DNA from: an uncultured Methanobrevibacter sp.
Lineage (GTDB): Archaea > Methanobacteriota > Methanobacteria > Methanobacteriales > Methanobacteriaceae
Assembly: GCA_964418715.1 (NCBI GenBank)
Contig: CAYQMW010000003.1
Location: forward strand, 1-32,954
DNA: 32,954 nt
Direction: 5' to 3'
This document shows positions 19,526 through 29,045 of this stretch, one piece after another (positions within the stretch are counted from its first letter, which is position 1; each line of letters starts with the position of its first letter). Under the pieces are notes generated by a model. The model was not told where the DNA came from. It did no database searches and saw only the letters and a program-made list of their open reading frames with translations. Made by a program: the position numbers and the translations under genes.

Positions 19526-19550
19526 AAAAAGAGTTATTTAAACTCTTTTT
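19526..19550 (-). terminator. Stem-loop terminator downstream of the adhesin gene
   Basis: AAAAAGAGTT (19526-19535) and AACTCTTTTT (19541-19550) form a 10-bp inverted repeat about 20 nt past the stop, followed by T tracts on the minus strand. Confidence 0.65.
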
Positions 19551-19568
19551 TAATAAATTTTTAGTTTT

Positions 19569-21569
19569 TTATTTTTTTACAGTTATTTTTACTTTTTTAA
19601 TTGCTTTGTTGTAGTAGTTGTTTGCTGGTGAGCTTATTGTTGCTGTGTATTTTTTAGCTGTTTTTAAGTTGGTTATTTTAAAGGTTGCTTTTCCTTTTGC
19701 ATTGGTTTTTGTAGTAAATGTTTTTCCATTGACTTTTAAGGTTACTTTTGCTGATTTTATTACTTGGTTTTTGTTGTTTTTTAGTGTTATTGTGTATTGT
19801 TTGGTTTTAATGTTTAGTTTGTAAGTTTTTGCACTTGCGATTATTTTTTGTGCAGCTTTTTTAACTGTTACTTTTACAGATGCAGTTGATCCTTTGTAGT
19901 TTGTATCTCCTGTGTATGTGATTTTTGCTGTATAGGTTTTTGGTATGAGTGTTGCAGCATTGATTTTTACCTGTCCGTTTTTATCGGTTGTGTATTTTTT
20001 AGAGCCTCCAAGGTTTACGGTTATTGCTGCTTTTGGTATTACTTTTCCATTTGCATCTTTTAATCTAATTGTTAAATATTTATTTACATTATAAGTGGTG
20101 GTTACAGCACTTGCATAGATTTTACTTGCTATTTGGTTTACTGTTATTGTTGCGTTAGCTGATTTTTCCTCAGGGTATGATGTGAGAGTTAAAACAGCAG
20201 TATATATACCAGGGTTTAAATCAACAATCCAACCTTCACCTGTTAAACCGTAAGCAGTTTCAATTAATTGGTTACCATCATATATTTTTATTGTGGCATT
20301 AATGCCGTTGTAGAGTGTATTGTTTATTGTTAGGTTGAATTGTAGTTTTTCACCTGATTTGTAGCTTGAACTGTAATTGGAGACTATTATTTCTGCAGGA
20401 ATGATTGTTGTGCCTTCGATAGTATTTCCGTTGAATGTACATAAAACTGCATAACCTCCATACATTGCTTTGCCATGTTCTGCGTTGTTGTCTGTAAATG
20501 TACAATTGTATGCATTTACATCCCATAATGCTCCACCCCGTTCGCTTGCGTTGTTTTGTGTGAAAGTTGAGTTGTATGCATTTCCATGTGCTATTGCTCC
20601 ACCAATAAGTCCACCATTATTTTGTGTGAATGTACAGTTGGTTGCATTTCCATAGCATATTCCTCCACCAATAAATGATGCGTTATTTTCTGTAAATGTA
20701 GAGTCATATGCATTACCCATCCATACTGCTCCACCCATTTTTCCACTGTTATTTGTAAATGTACAGTTATATGCATTTGCTAGGAATATTGCTCCACCAT
20801 TTTCATTTGCAGTGTTGTTTGTAAATGTACAGTTATATGCATTAGCTCTCCATACTGCTCCACCATCTTCTGCTGTGTTTCCTGTGAAAGTTGAGTTGTA
20901 TGCATTACCTTTACAAATAGCACCACCATTTACTGCTGTGTTTTGTGTGAATGTACAGTTTATTGCATTACCGGAGTCCATAGCACCACCGTCAAATGCA
21001 GTATTGTTTGTAAAGTTACAATTTATTGCAGTAACTTCACCAACGATAGCACCACCATTATAATATATATCTGAACTTGCATTACCGTTTATAAAATTAA
21101 TATCATGGAATATTACATTTTCTACGGTTACATTGAATATTCTTGCCATGTGGTTTCCATCTAGTGTAACATCATTTCCATAAATAGTTAAAGCACGGTT
21201 AATTATAATTCCATTTTGAAAATTAGAGTCAGATCCATTATTGTAGGTATAATTATTGGATAAATATATTGTAGTATTATCATTACCGTTAATGGTTTCG
21301 TTTAGTTGTGTGAATGTTAATGGTGTGTCGGTTAGTGTAGGTGTCTCTTCACTTTCTGAAACTTCATTATTATTGTTTTCTTCTAAAATTAGTTCATCAT
21401 TTTCATTATTACATGAAACATCATTTTCTTGGATGTTTTCTTCTAAAACAAGTTGTTGATTTTCATTAGTACTAGTCACATCACTTACAGCATCCTCAGC
21501 AGCACTAATGGCCGAGATACTTAAAAAACAAATAAGGCATACTAGTACTAAAAGTGTTTTGATTTTCAT
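19569..21569 (-). CDS. Adhesin-like surface protein (signal peptide, PMP-like beta-helix repeats, Ig-like basic C-terminal domains)
   Basis: N-terminus MKIKTLLVLVCLICFLSISAISAAED, about 10 GGA...FTxN repeats, and C-terminal TTDKNG / KTNAKGKATFKI Ig-like repeats. ATG 21569 follows SD GAGGA; the track start at 21581 is an alternative. Confidence 0.9.
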   Translation of the reverse strand: MKIKTLLVLVCLICFLSISAISAAEDAVSDVTSTNENQQLVLEENIQENDVSCNNENDELILEENNNNEVSESEETPTLTDTPLTFTQLNETINGNDNTTIYLSNNYTYNNGSDSNFQNGIIINRALTIYGNDVTLDGNHMARIFNVTVENVIFHDINFINGNASSDIYYNGGAIVGEVTAINCNFTNNTAFDGGAMDSGNAINCTFTQNTAVNGGAICKGNAYNSTFTGNTAEDGGAVWRANAYNCTFTNNTANENGGAIFLANAYNCTFTNNSGKMGGAVWMGNAYDSTFTENNASFIGGGICYGNATNCTFTQNNGGLIGGAIAHGNAYNSTFTQNNASERGGALWDVNAYNCTFTDNNAEHGKAMYGGYAVLCTFNGNTIEGTTIIPAEIIVSNYSSSYKSGEKLQFNLTINNTLYNGINATIKIYDGNQLIETAYGLTGEGWIVDLNPGIYTAVLTLTSYPEEKSANATITVNQIASKIYASAVTTTYNVNKYLTIRLKDANGKVIPKAAITVNLGGSKKYTTDKNGQVKINAATLIPKTYTAKITYTGDTNYKGSTASVKVTVKKAAQKIIASAKTYKLNIKTKQYTITLKNNKNQVIKSAKVTLKVNGKTFTTKTNAKGKATFKITNLKTAKKYTATISSPANNYYNKAIKKVKITVKK
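20428..21058 (-). repeat. Intragenic tandem repeats, about 10 x 63-66 bp (21-22 aa, GGA(I/V)xxxNAYN(C/S)TFTxN)
   Basis: Recurrent TGTAAATGTACAGTTATATGCATT-like units on the + strand. The translated repeats were counted by eye; boundaries are approximate. Confidence 0.85.
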
Positions 21570-21617
21570 CCTTTTCCTCATTTTTCTTTATCAATTTAAT
21601 AAATATTAATAAAATCT

Positions 21618-21640
21618 TTTGAATAATAAGCTTATTCAAA
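21618..21640. promoter_or_regulatory. Palindromic operator candidate upstream of the adhesin
   Basis: TTTGAATAA-N5-TTATTCAAA is a perfect 9-bp inverted repeat next to TTATATATAA (21641-21650), about 50-70 nt upstream of the start codon. Confidence 0.4.
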
Positions 21641-22069
21641 TTATATATAAGGTTATTATATTTATTATATAAAAAATTTATCTATAGGCCTTAAATGCAC
21701 TATTATTTTTTAAAATCCATATTAAAGATTTTAAATTAAAAATATTAAAAAAACAAATTAAATTTTAAATAATAAAACAATTTTTTACACATTACTATGA
21801 ATTAGTATAAAGATAGCTATAAAATTTATTTTTACACTACTATCATTGTTAGTATGAAATATATTTATTAAAAAATTTTTAAAATGTCTAAAACTTAAAG
21901 AATATTAGAAATAAACTTTAATAATGTCTTTTTACCTAATTTAATTTAATTAATTATTCAAATGTTTTTAAATAAAAATCTATAAATAAAATTTTAAATA
22001 GATAATAATTAAAAAAATCAAGTTTTTAAAATTCTTTTTTAAAAAATTATTATATCATAGTGTGTTAAT

Positions 22070-24397
22070 ATGGCTAAATCTGGATTTTCAATAATCATAT
22101 CTGAAGGAGTATTAAATAAATATTTTAAAGATTTTTTTAAATCTTTTACATCAGATATGGATATATGTTTAGTTTTAAGTGATAAATCTGATGATTTAGT
22201 TTCAGATGATAATTTAGATTATGATATTATTTCAGATACTAATACAGATTATAGAGTAGTTTCAGACAGATTATATTATAATGATTATCCAGATATTAGA
22301 TTATTCGCTGATTTTAATTCAATATTAGAAGAAGATTTTAGTCCTGATACTATCTATTTTATAAGTGAAAATGATTTTGATTTAGTTAAAAATACAAGTA
22401 TTGAAAATAATAATCTAATAGTTATTCCGGGAAATCTTGAAAATAAAGAGTTTATAAATTGGAAAATCTCTCATATGAGGGAATTGATAGGTATTTTTAA
22501 AAATAATTCTTATTTTATTGAAAATTTATTAGTCTATAATATTTATGAGATTATAGAACTTGATTATAGTATATTTGAAAAGTCCAGGTATTTGGAGATT
22601 ATAAGTTCAATAATAAATATTCTAAAATCTGTTTCAAAAGATACAATATTAAATTCAAACTTTTTAAATAATGATATGAAATCATTTTTAATTTTTATTA
22701 AAAACAATCAGGAATATACACTGGATATTAGGGATAAAACAGTTTTATTATATACAGGCGACTATTTAATTGATGATTTGGCATTTAATAATATAAAAAT
22801 AGATATTATTGATTTAAAAGATGGCTTTTTAAGTATTGATGCATATATTAAAAGTAATTTTTACTTGGAAAGTATTAGATTTGAAGCTATTTTAGATAGT
22901 GGAAATTCAAAAGAAAAATTTAACTCTAATCTATTAGAATATCCCTCTACTGACCGTAGAACCTTTAAGTATTTAGGTATAAGTTGGGTATTTTATTATA
23001 ACTTTAATATTCAAATACCAATTGATTATAATAAAACTTATAGAATTGATTTAAAAACCATATTTACCGAATCAGATAATCAGATAACAGTAAATAATAG
23101 TATATCATTTAGAAAACATGGAAATATATCCCATTATACTAATTATACTTACCTAGACTCTAAGATTATAGAGTTTAAAAATAATTCATTTTATTTGTAT
23201 GATTATTCCACATCAAAAGTCTTGTCTTTAGAGTTTAAATCATTACTACGTATTTTAAAATCATCTAAACCATTCTGGTATAAGGCTATTTTCTATAGAA
23301 TACTATATCTTATTTTAAAACCCTTTTATAAAAATAAAAAAATATTCTTATTTGAAGATCGGTCCCATCAGGCTGATGATAACGGTGAAATATTATTTAA
23401 ATATGCAGTTACCCAGGATGATAATATAGATAAATATTTTATTATTGATAAGAATACCTCTGATTATAAGAGATTATCAAAGGATTATAAAAATATAATT
23501 CCATTTAAGTCATTTAAGCATAAAATATTATATCTTTTTGCAGATAAACATTTCTCCAGTCATGTTGATAGGGTATATTTAGATCCATTTGATAGTGAGT
23601 CTCCTGAATTATATAATAGTTTAGCCACATTTAGAAGATATTTCCTCCAGCATGGTGTAATCCAGTCAGACTTATCCCACTGGATTAGAAAATATTATCA
23701 TAATCTTGATTTATTTTTAACCTCATCTAAATATGAAAGAGACTCTATTGTTAATGGCTATTATAATTATGATAGTAATATTGTCCAGTTACTTGGACTT
23801 CCGAGATATGATTATCTTGAAAATAAAGAAGGCCGTAAGGAAATTTTATTTATGCCTACATGGAGAAAGTATCTTAAAACAAAAGAAGATTTCCTCCAAT
23901 CAGATTACTATAAAAGACTTAATAGGTTTTTTAATAATAGTAAACTAAAAGAGGAGCTATTAGAGTATGGCTATAAAATAGTCTTTAAACCTCACTTTAA
24001 TATATTAGAGTATTTGGACTTTTTGGATATTGATGAGGACTATGTTAGACTTGCAGTAGATGAATCATATAGAGATCTTTTCAACAATTCAAACTTACTT
24101 ATTACAGATTATTCATCTGTATTTTTTGATTTTGCATATTTAAAAAAACCAATTATATATTATCAAGAAGCAGATGAGTATCATTTTAATAAAGGTTATT
24201 TTGACTATGAAACTATGGGTTTTGGAGACATCATCAAAGACGAAGATGAATTAGTTGATTTAATCATTTCTTATATGGAAAATGATTGTAAAATGAGTGA
24301 TAAGTATATTATGAGAGTGGAAGACTTTTTCAAATACACAGATAAAAACAATTCTAAAAGAGTTTACAATTGGAGTTTAAATGAAGATAAGCATTAG
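22070..24397 (+). CDS. TagF-family glycerophosphotransferase with an eroded N-terminal region
   Basis: C-terminal half has ADDNGEILF, FLQHGV, GLPRYD, ILFMPTWR, FKPH and LITDYSSVFFDFAYLKKP. It is a paralog of the next gene. Confidence 0.88.
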   Translation: MAKSGFSIIISEGVLNKYFKDFFKSFTSDMDICLVLSDKSDDLVSDDNLDYDIISDTNTDYRVVSDRLYYNDYPDIRLFADFNSILEEDFSPDTIYFISENDFDLVKNTSIENNNLIVIPGNLENKEFINWKISHMRELIGIFKNNSYFIENLLVYNIYEIIELDYSIFEKSRYLEIISSIINILKSVSKDTILNSNFLNNDMKSFLIFIKNNQEYTLDIRDKTVLLYTGDYLIDDLAFNNIKIDIIDLKDGFLSIDAYIKSNFYLESIRFEAILDSGNSKEKFNSNLLEYPSTDRRTFKYLGISWVFYYNFNIQIPIDYNKTYRIDLKTIFTESDNQITVNNSISFRKHGNISHYTNYTYLDSKIIEFKNNSFYLYDYSTSKVLSLEFKSLLRILKSSKPFWYKAIFYRILYLILKPFYKNKKIFLFEDRSHQADDNGEILFKYAVTQDDNIDKYFIIDKNTSDYKRLSKDYKNIIPFKSFKHKILYLFADKHFSSHVDRVYLDPFDSESPELYNSLATFRRYFLQHGVIQSDLSHWIRKYYHNLDLFLTSSKYERDSIVNGYYNYDSNIVQLLGLPRYDYLENKEGRKEILFMPTWRKYLKTKEDFLQSDYYKRLNRFFNNSKLKEELLEYGYKIVFKPHFNILEYLDFLDIDEDYVRLAVDESYRDLFNNSNLLITDYSSVFFDFAYLKKPIIYYQEADEYHFNKGYFDYETMGFGDIIKDEDELVDLIISYMENDCKMSDKYIMRVEDFFKYTDKNNSKRVYNWSLNEDKH

Positions 24398-24573
24398 TTC
24401 TAATCTGTATATTTTAGCTTTTATTGAAATTTGATAATTTTAAGTCTTTATAATTTGACTTTAAAACGAAGGTTTATAAAAACTCTAAAAATTTAAATAA
24501 TACAAAATTATAATAATCTTATAAGAATTAAAATAATCTATTAGATTTTTACTATTTTATCATTGGTGAATTT

Positions 24574-27225
24574 ATGAGTAAAAAATTCAAATTTTCTATT
24601 ATCATTTCTCTTTTTGAGTCTCAATCTTATATTAATGAGTCATTGGACTCTATTATTAATCAGTCATTAAATTTTAAGGATAATGTTCAAATTATTATAG
24701 TAGATAATGGTAGTATTGATAATAGTAGAGAAATTGTTGCTGAATACAAATCTAAATATCCTGATAATATTCTGCTTCTTGATAAAGAGAATGAAGGCTT
24801 TACATCAAGCTGTAATTATGCATTAAAATATGTAGAAGGAGAATATATTAATTTTTTACTTGCTAATGATAAACTTACAAAAAATACATTAAAAGAAGTA
24901 TATACCTTTTTTAACAATCATTATGATGAGATTGATATTGTAAATCTTCCTGTTATAATCTTTTCAAAACAAATGAGTAAGAATTTATTAGAATATTTAG
25001 ATTTAGATAAGCAACTTTTAGTTAATCTTGATGATGAACCTGTCAAATCTATTTTACCATATTACAGTAATTTTATTAAATCAGATTTAATTAAGGATAT
25101 TGAGTTTGATACTGATTTGGTTAGTGGAGCTATTGATCTTGTAATTGCTGAAATTTTACTTAAAAAAAGAGTTTACGGTGCTGTAAATACATCAAGATAT
25201 CTATTTAGAAAAAGAAATACTGATGACAGGTTTGTTGAAGATTCTCTTTCAAAGAGAAATTTTACAGAGAAAATTAAATTGTTTTACCTTAAACTAATAG
25301 AGATTTCCAAAGATAGTAAAGGTAATGTTCCTTATTTTATACAACATATAATTGTTAAACAACTGACAGAAATTGTTTTAGTAGAAGATTTATGGGACTA
25401 TTTAGATACTCAAGAAGAAATTGACGAGTTTTGGCAGTACTTTAATCAGATTTTACCAATATTTGATGAAAAATTTATTTTCTCAGATAAAAAGGTTAGA
25501 GACAGTGTAAAATCATTTTTAATTTATTTGAAAAACAAAGAATTCCATATAGAAACATATCCTGAAAAACATGAGGTTTACCTTAAATCTAATGATTATA
25601 TAATTACTCAACTTCACAGACATGTTATCCGTTTTGATATTGTAAATTTACATAATGGAGTTTTAAACTTTTCAGGAAGTGTCCTCTGCCGTTGTGATAA
25701 TCAGGCATTTCATATTGAAGCTGTTAAAACAGATGAAAACGGAAATGAATCTGTTTATAAAGGTAAATTCTTTGAATATGTAACTACTGGCCGTAAATCC
25801 AGGAAGTTTTTAGGTATTTGGTGGAATTATTATCATCATTTTGATGTAAGTATTCCAGTAGAATCTGATAATAAATGTCAAGTTAATTTCAGATTAGTTT
25901 ATACTGAAAATGGTGAAAATATTGTAATGGACAATAGAATCGGTTTTAGACAATTTCCGGGAATGTCAAACTTTAATAATTACTTTGTAAAAGAGTCCAA
26001 AATCCTTTACTTTAAACTTAAAACATTCTACTTAGAACCATTTTCATACAGAAGAATGCTTCCATTAGAGGCATTTTCACTAGCAAAAATTACTCTTAAA
26101 AAGGAAAAGGATTTAAAATTAGGATTATTTTATAAGTTATCAAGATTAGCATTATTCCCATTTATGAATAATAAAAATATTTGGCTATTTATTGATAGAG
26201 CAGAATTTGCAGATGATAATGCAGAGATATTATTTAAATATGCATATGAAAAGGATGATAATATTAGTAAATATTTCCTTATCAATGAAGATAGTCCAGA
26301 TTATGAAAGATTAAAAGCCGATTATGGTAGTAGTATTGTTCCGTTTGGATCTTTTAAACATAAAATTCTTTATTTCTTTGCAGATAAAATCATGTCTTCA
26401 CAGATTACAAGAAGTCTTATAAATCCATTTGCATATAAAAATACATATATTTTTGAAGGACTCTCATCACATGAGTATTGTTTTATACAACATGGAGTAA
26501 TTTTACATGACTTGTCAAGTTGGATTAGAAAATATAACAGACAAATGCTTCTATTTGTTACAACTGCACCACTTGAACGTGATTCTATTGTAAATGGATA
26601 CTATAATTATGGTGAAGATGTTGTTCAAGCTTTAGGTCTTGCTAGATATGACAATTTAGTAGATGATGCAAAAAATGAAATACTCTTTATGCCAACCTGG
26701 AGAAGAAAACTGGATACAGAAGATCAATTTATTAATTCAGATTACTTTAAATACTTGAAAAGTTTCTTAAATAATGATAAATTAATTGATTATCTTGATG
26801 AGAAAGGTTATACCTTAGTATTCAGGCCACATCCTAATTTGTGGAAGTTTATAGATCTATTTGATTTAAACGATAAAATTAAAATTTCAGATGTGCCATA
26901 CAGGGACATGTTTAGAGATGCATCACTTATGGTAACTGATTACTCTTCAGTATTCTTTGATTTTGCTTACCTTAAAAAACCTGTTTTATATTATCAAAGT
27001 GAATCATTTGATGATTTCCATTATGGTAAAGGTTATTTTGACTATGAAACAATGGCCTTTGGAGAAATTGTTCACAATGAAGATGAACTTGTTGAAATGA
27101 TTATGGAATATGTGGAAAATGATTGTAAAATGAAAGATGAATATAAAGATAAGGTAGATAAATTCTTTAAATTCAATGATAGAAATAATAGAAAAAGATT
27201 ATATGATTGGATTATAAGTCATTAG
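24574..27225 (+). CDS. GT2-like / TagF-family glycerophosphotransferase fusion
   Basis: N-terminal GT2-like fold (FSIIIS, SLDSIINQS, IIVDNGSIDNS, GEYINFL). C-terminal FIQHGV, GLARYD, FMPTWR, FRPH and VTDYSSVFFDFAYLKKP. Confidence 0.9.
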   Translation: MSKKFKFSIIISLFESQSYINESLDSIINQSLNFKDNVQIIIVDNGSIDNSREIVAEYKSKYPDNILLLDKENEGFTSSCNYALKYVEGEYINFLLANDKLTKNTLKEVYTFFNNHYDEIDIVNLPVIIFSKQMSKNLLEYLDLDKQLLVNLDDEPVKSILPYYSNFIKSDLIKDIEFDTDLVSGAIDLVIAEILLKKRVYGAVNTSRYLFRKRNTDDRFVEDSLSKRNFTEKIKLFYLKLIEISKDSKGNVPYFIQHIIVKQLTEIVLVEDLWDYLDTQEEIDEFWQYFNQILPIFDEKFIFSDKKVRDSVKSFLIYLKNKEFHIETYPEKHEVYLKSNDYIITQLHRHVIRFDIVNLHNGVLNFSGSVLCRCDNQAFHIEAVKTDENGNESVYKGKFFEYVTTGRKSRKFLGIWWNYYHHFDVSIPVESDNKCQVNFRLVYTENGENIVMDNRIGFRQFPGMSNFNNYFVKESKILYFKLKTFYLEPFSYRRMLPLEAFSLAKITLKKEKDLKLGLFYKLSRLALFPFMNNKNIWLFIDRAEFADDNAEILFKYAYEKDDNISKYFLINEDSPDYERLKADYGSSIVPFGSFKHKILYFFADKIMSSQITRSLINPFAYKNTYIFEGLSSHEYCFIQHGVILHDLSSWIRKYNRQMLLFVTTAPLERDSIVNGYYNYGEDVVQALGLARYDNLVDDAKNEILFMPTWRRKLDTEDQFINSDYFKYLKSFLNNDKLIDYLDEKGYTLVFRPHPNLWKFIDLFDLNDKIKISDVPYRDMFRDASLMVTDYSSVFFDFAYLKKPVLYYQSESFDDFHYGKGYFDYETMAFGEIVHNEDELVEMIMEYVENDCKMKDEYKDKVDKFFKFNDRNNRKRLYDWIISH

Positions 27226-27337
27226 ATAAAAAATACATTTGTTTAAAATTAAATATTTTCATTCCATTAATATCTTTTTTAATCAAGAAAAAATTTCTAA
27301 ATATAATTTTTAAATAAAAAAATGAGATATTTATAAT

Positions 27338-28327
27338 TTAAATTGGCTTTGCAATTAAATTATAAACCCCATCTGTGAGTTTATTTAGATATTTAGTTAC
27401 AAGATCTCTTGAAAGTATGTATGTAACTATGACTGCAAGTCCAAATGTTAGTATTAGACATAGTAGTATGTTACTTTTAAGTGAATGTGGTATTATTGCT
27501 TTTAGACATGACATGAAATAGAAATGAAGCAAATATACTGCTAGTGAATTTTTACCGAATTTGGTAAGGAAACAGTTTCTATTTGTCATAAATTTATCAA
27601 ATACCAATACAAGTCCAATTTCTACTACAACCACAATTAATCTTTTAATCATTTCATATAGTAGATTTCCAGAATATGGTTCTGTAAATCTAAATATTCG
27701 AATTTGGAACTTATAACATAGGATAACTGCAAGGATTATAATTAAAATTGATATAATCTTGTAGTGTTTATTGAATAAATTAACTATTTTTGTATATTGA
27801 GTTGTAATATTATTCTTTGTTTGTTTATGGTAGAATCCTACTAAAAATATAGGGAAATATGCAAAAACACGGGTTAATCCTAGTATAGTGGAATTTAGAT
27901 GTATGAATCCTATGCCTATTGCACATATTATTGAAATTAAAATTGGGTATTTGAATTTGTTGAAAATTGGCAGGATCATTTTCATTATAAACAATGCCAT
28001 CAAAAACCATAAACCTGAAGTAGTTGTAAAGAACATATATTGAAAAGGTATATTTTTACTAAAAACGATCCAATTAAAAATCGTGGCTATTATATAAAAG
28101 ATTATATAGGGTACTATTAAACGCTTGAAACTTTTTATACTTTCATCGGGCCCTATTTTTGAAAAATAACCTGCTACATAAAAGAGTAATGGTAAGTTAA
28201 TTACAAGCATCAAATTATGTGGAAACCCACTCAAAACACCTAATATATTAAAATGCATTAATACAATAAGAAATATTCCTATTCCTCTTAAATTATCATA
28301 TTTGTCTAATCTTGTTTTAACTTCCAT
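27338..28327 (-). CDS. Acyltransferase family 3 (OafA-like, multi-TM), probable polysaccharide O-acyltransferase
   Basis: R...YDNLRGIGIFLIVLMH, LPLLFYVAGYF, RLIVPY, LWFL and FGKNSLAVYLLH; about 10 hydrophobic segments. Confidence 0.9.
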   Translation of the reverse strand: MEVKTRLDKYDNLRGIGIFLIVLMHFNILGVLSGFPHNLMLVINLPLLFYVAGYFSKIGPDESIKSFKRLIVPYIIFYIIATIFNWIVFSKNIPFQYMFFTTTSGLWFLMALFIMKMILPIFNKFKYPILISIICAIGIGFIHLNSTILGLTRVFAYFPIFLVGFYHKQTKNNITTQYTKIVNLFNKHYKIISILIIILAVILCYKFQIRIFRFTEPYSGNLLYEMIKRLIVVVVEIGLVLVFDKFMTNRNCFLTKFGKNSLAVYLLHFYFMSCLKAIIPHSLKSNILLCLILTFGLAVIVTYILSRDLVTKYLNKLTDGVYNLIAKPI

Positions 28328-28617
28328 ACTTTTTATTTGGTTGGAAGTAATATATAAACTTATTATCTTATAAGAACAATATAGTGTTTAAAAGATAAAA
28401 AATGGAATTTAAATCAGTTTTGTAATTATATTATAAATTTTATCTCTAAATTTAATTAGATATTTAGTTAGAACATCCCTTGAAAGGATAATTAAATTTT
28501 AAAAAGATTTTCAATTATTTTTTTTAAAAAAAGAGTAGTTAAATTTTTATATCTTTATAATCTTTTTAGAAAAATAGTATTTTATTTAATAAATTAATAA
28601 AAATAGAATTAATTTGA

Positions 28618-28866
28618 TTATATAGATTCTAATTTACTTAAAATCTCCCAAATTAAAGTTCTTGCGTGTACAGGAATATTAGGATCATTACTAATATTGT
28701 CTAAGATTACAATTACAGCACTAGCCCTAACTGTTTCATCTTCTTCTTCATTACTTAATATATCTTTGGATTCTTCAGCTGCTCTTCTTATATTACGTGG
28801 AACAGTATTGTTTTCCATAATATATGCTAATATTTCTGAAACTTCTTCAAATATCTCATTAGCCAT
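28618..28866 (-). CDS. UPF0147 family archaeal protein
   Basis: [26 protein letters not shown] and LESI; SD GGAGAGG upstream. Confidence 0.9.
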   Translation of the reverse strand: MANEIFEEVSEILAYIMENNTVPRNIRRAAEESKDILSNEEEDETVRASAVIVILDNISNDPNIPVHARTLIWEILSKLESI

Positions 28867-29045
28867 TTAATCCTCTCCTTAATATTTTGATTTTATTAAA
28901 CATAATAAAATAAAGTATAATAATATTTAATTTATATGCTTTTATATTTTGTGGTAAATTAAAAAAATGAGAATAATAATACTAAGAATAAAAATTTAAT
29001 TAAAAACTACAAAAAAACTAATTAAAAAAGTAGAAAAAATTAAAA

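Noticed and set aside
20428-21058. Adhesin repeats considered as a CRISPR array or DGR template/variable repeats
   Set aside because: They are in-frame coding repeats. No reverse transcriptase or non-coding template repeat is present in the window.
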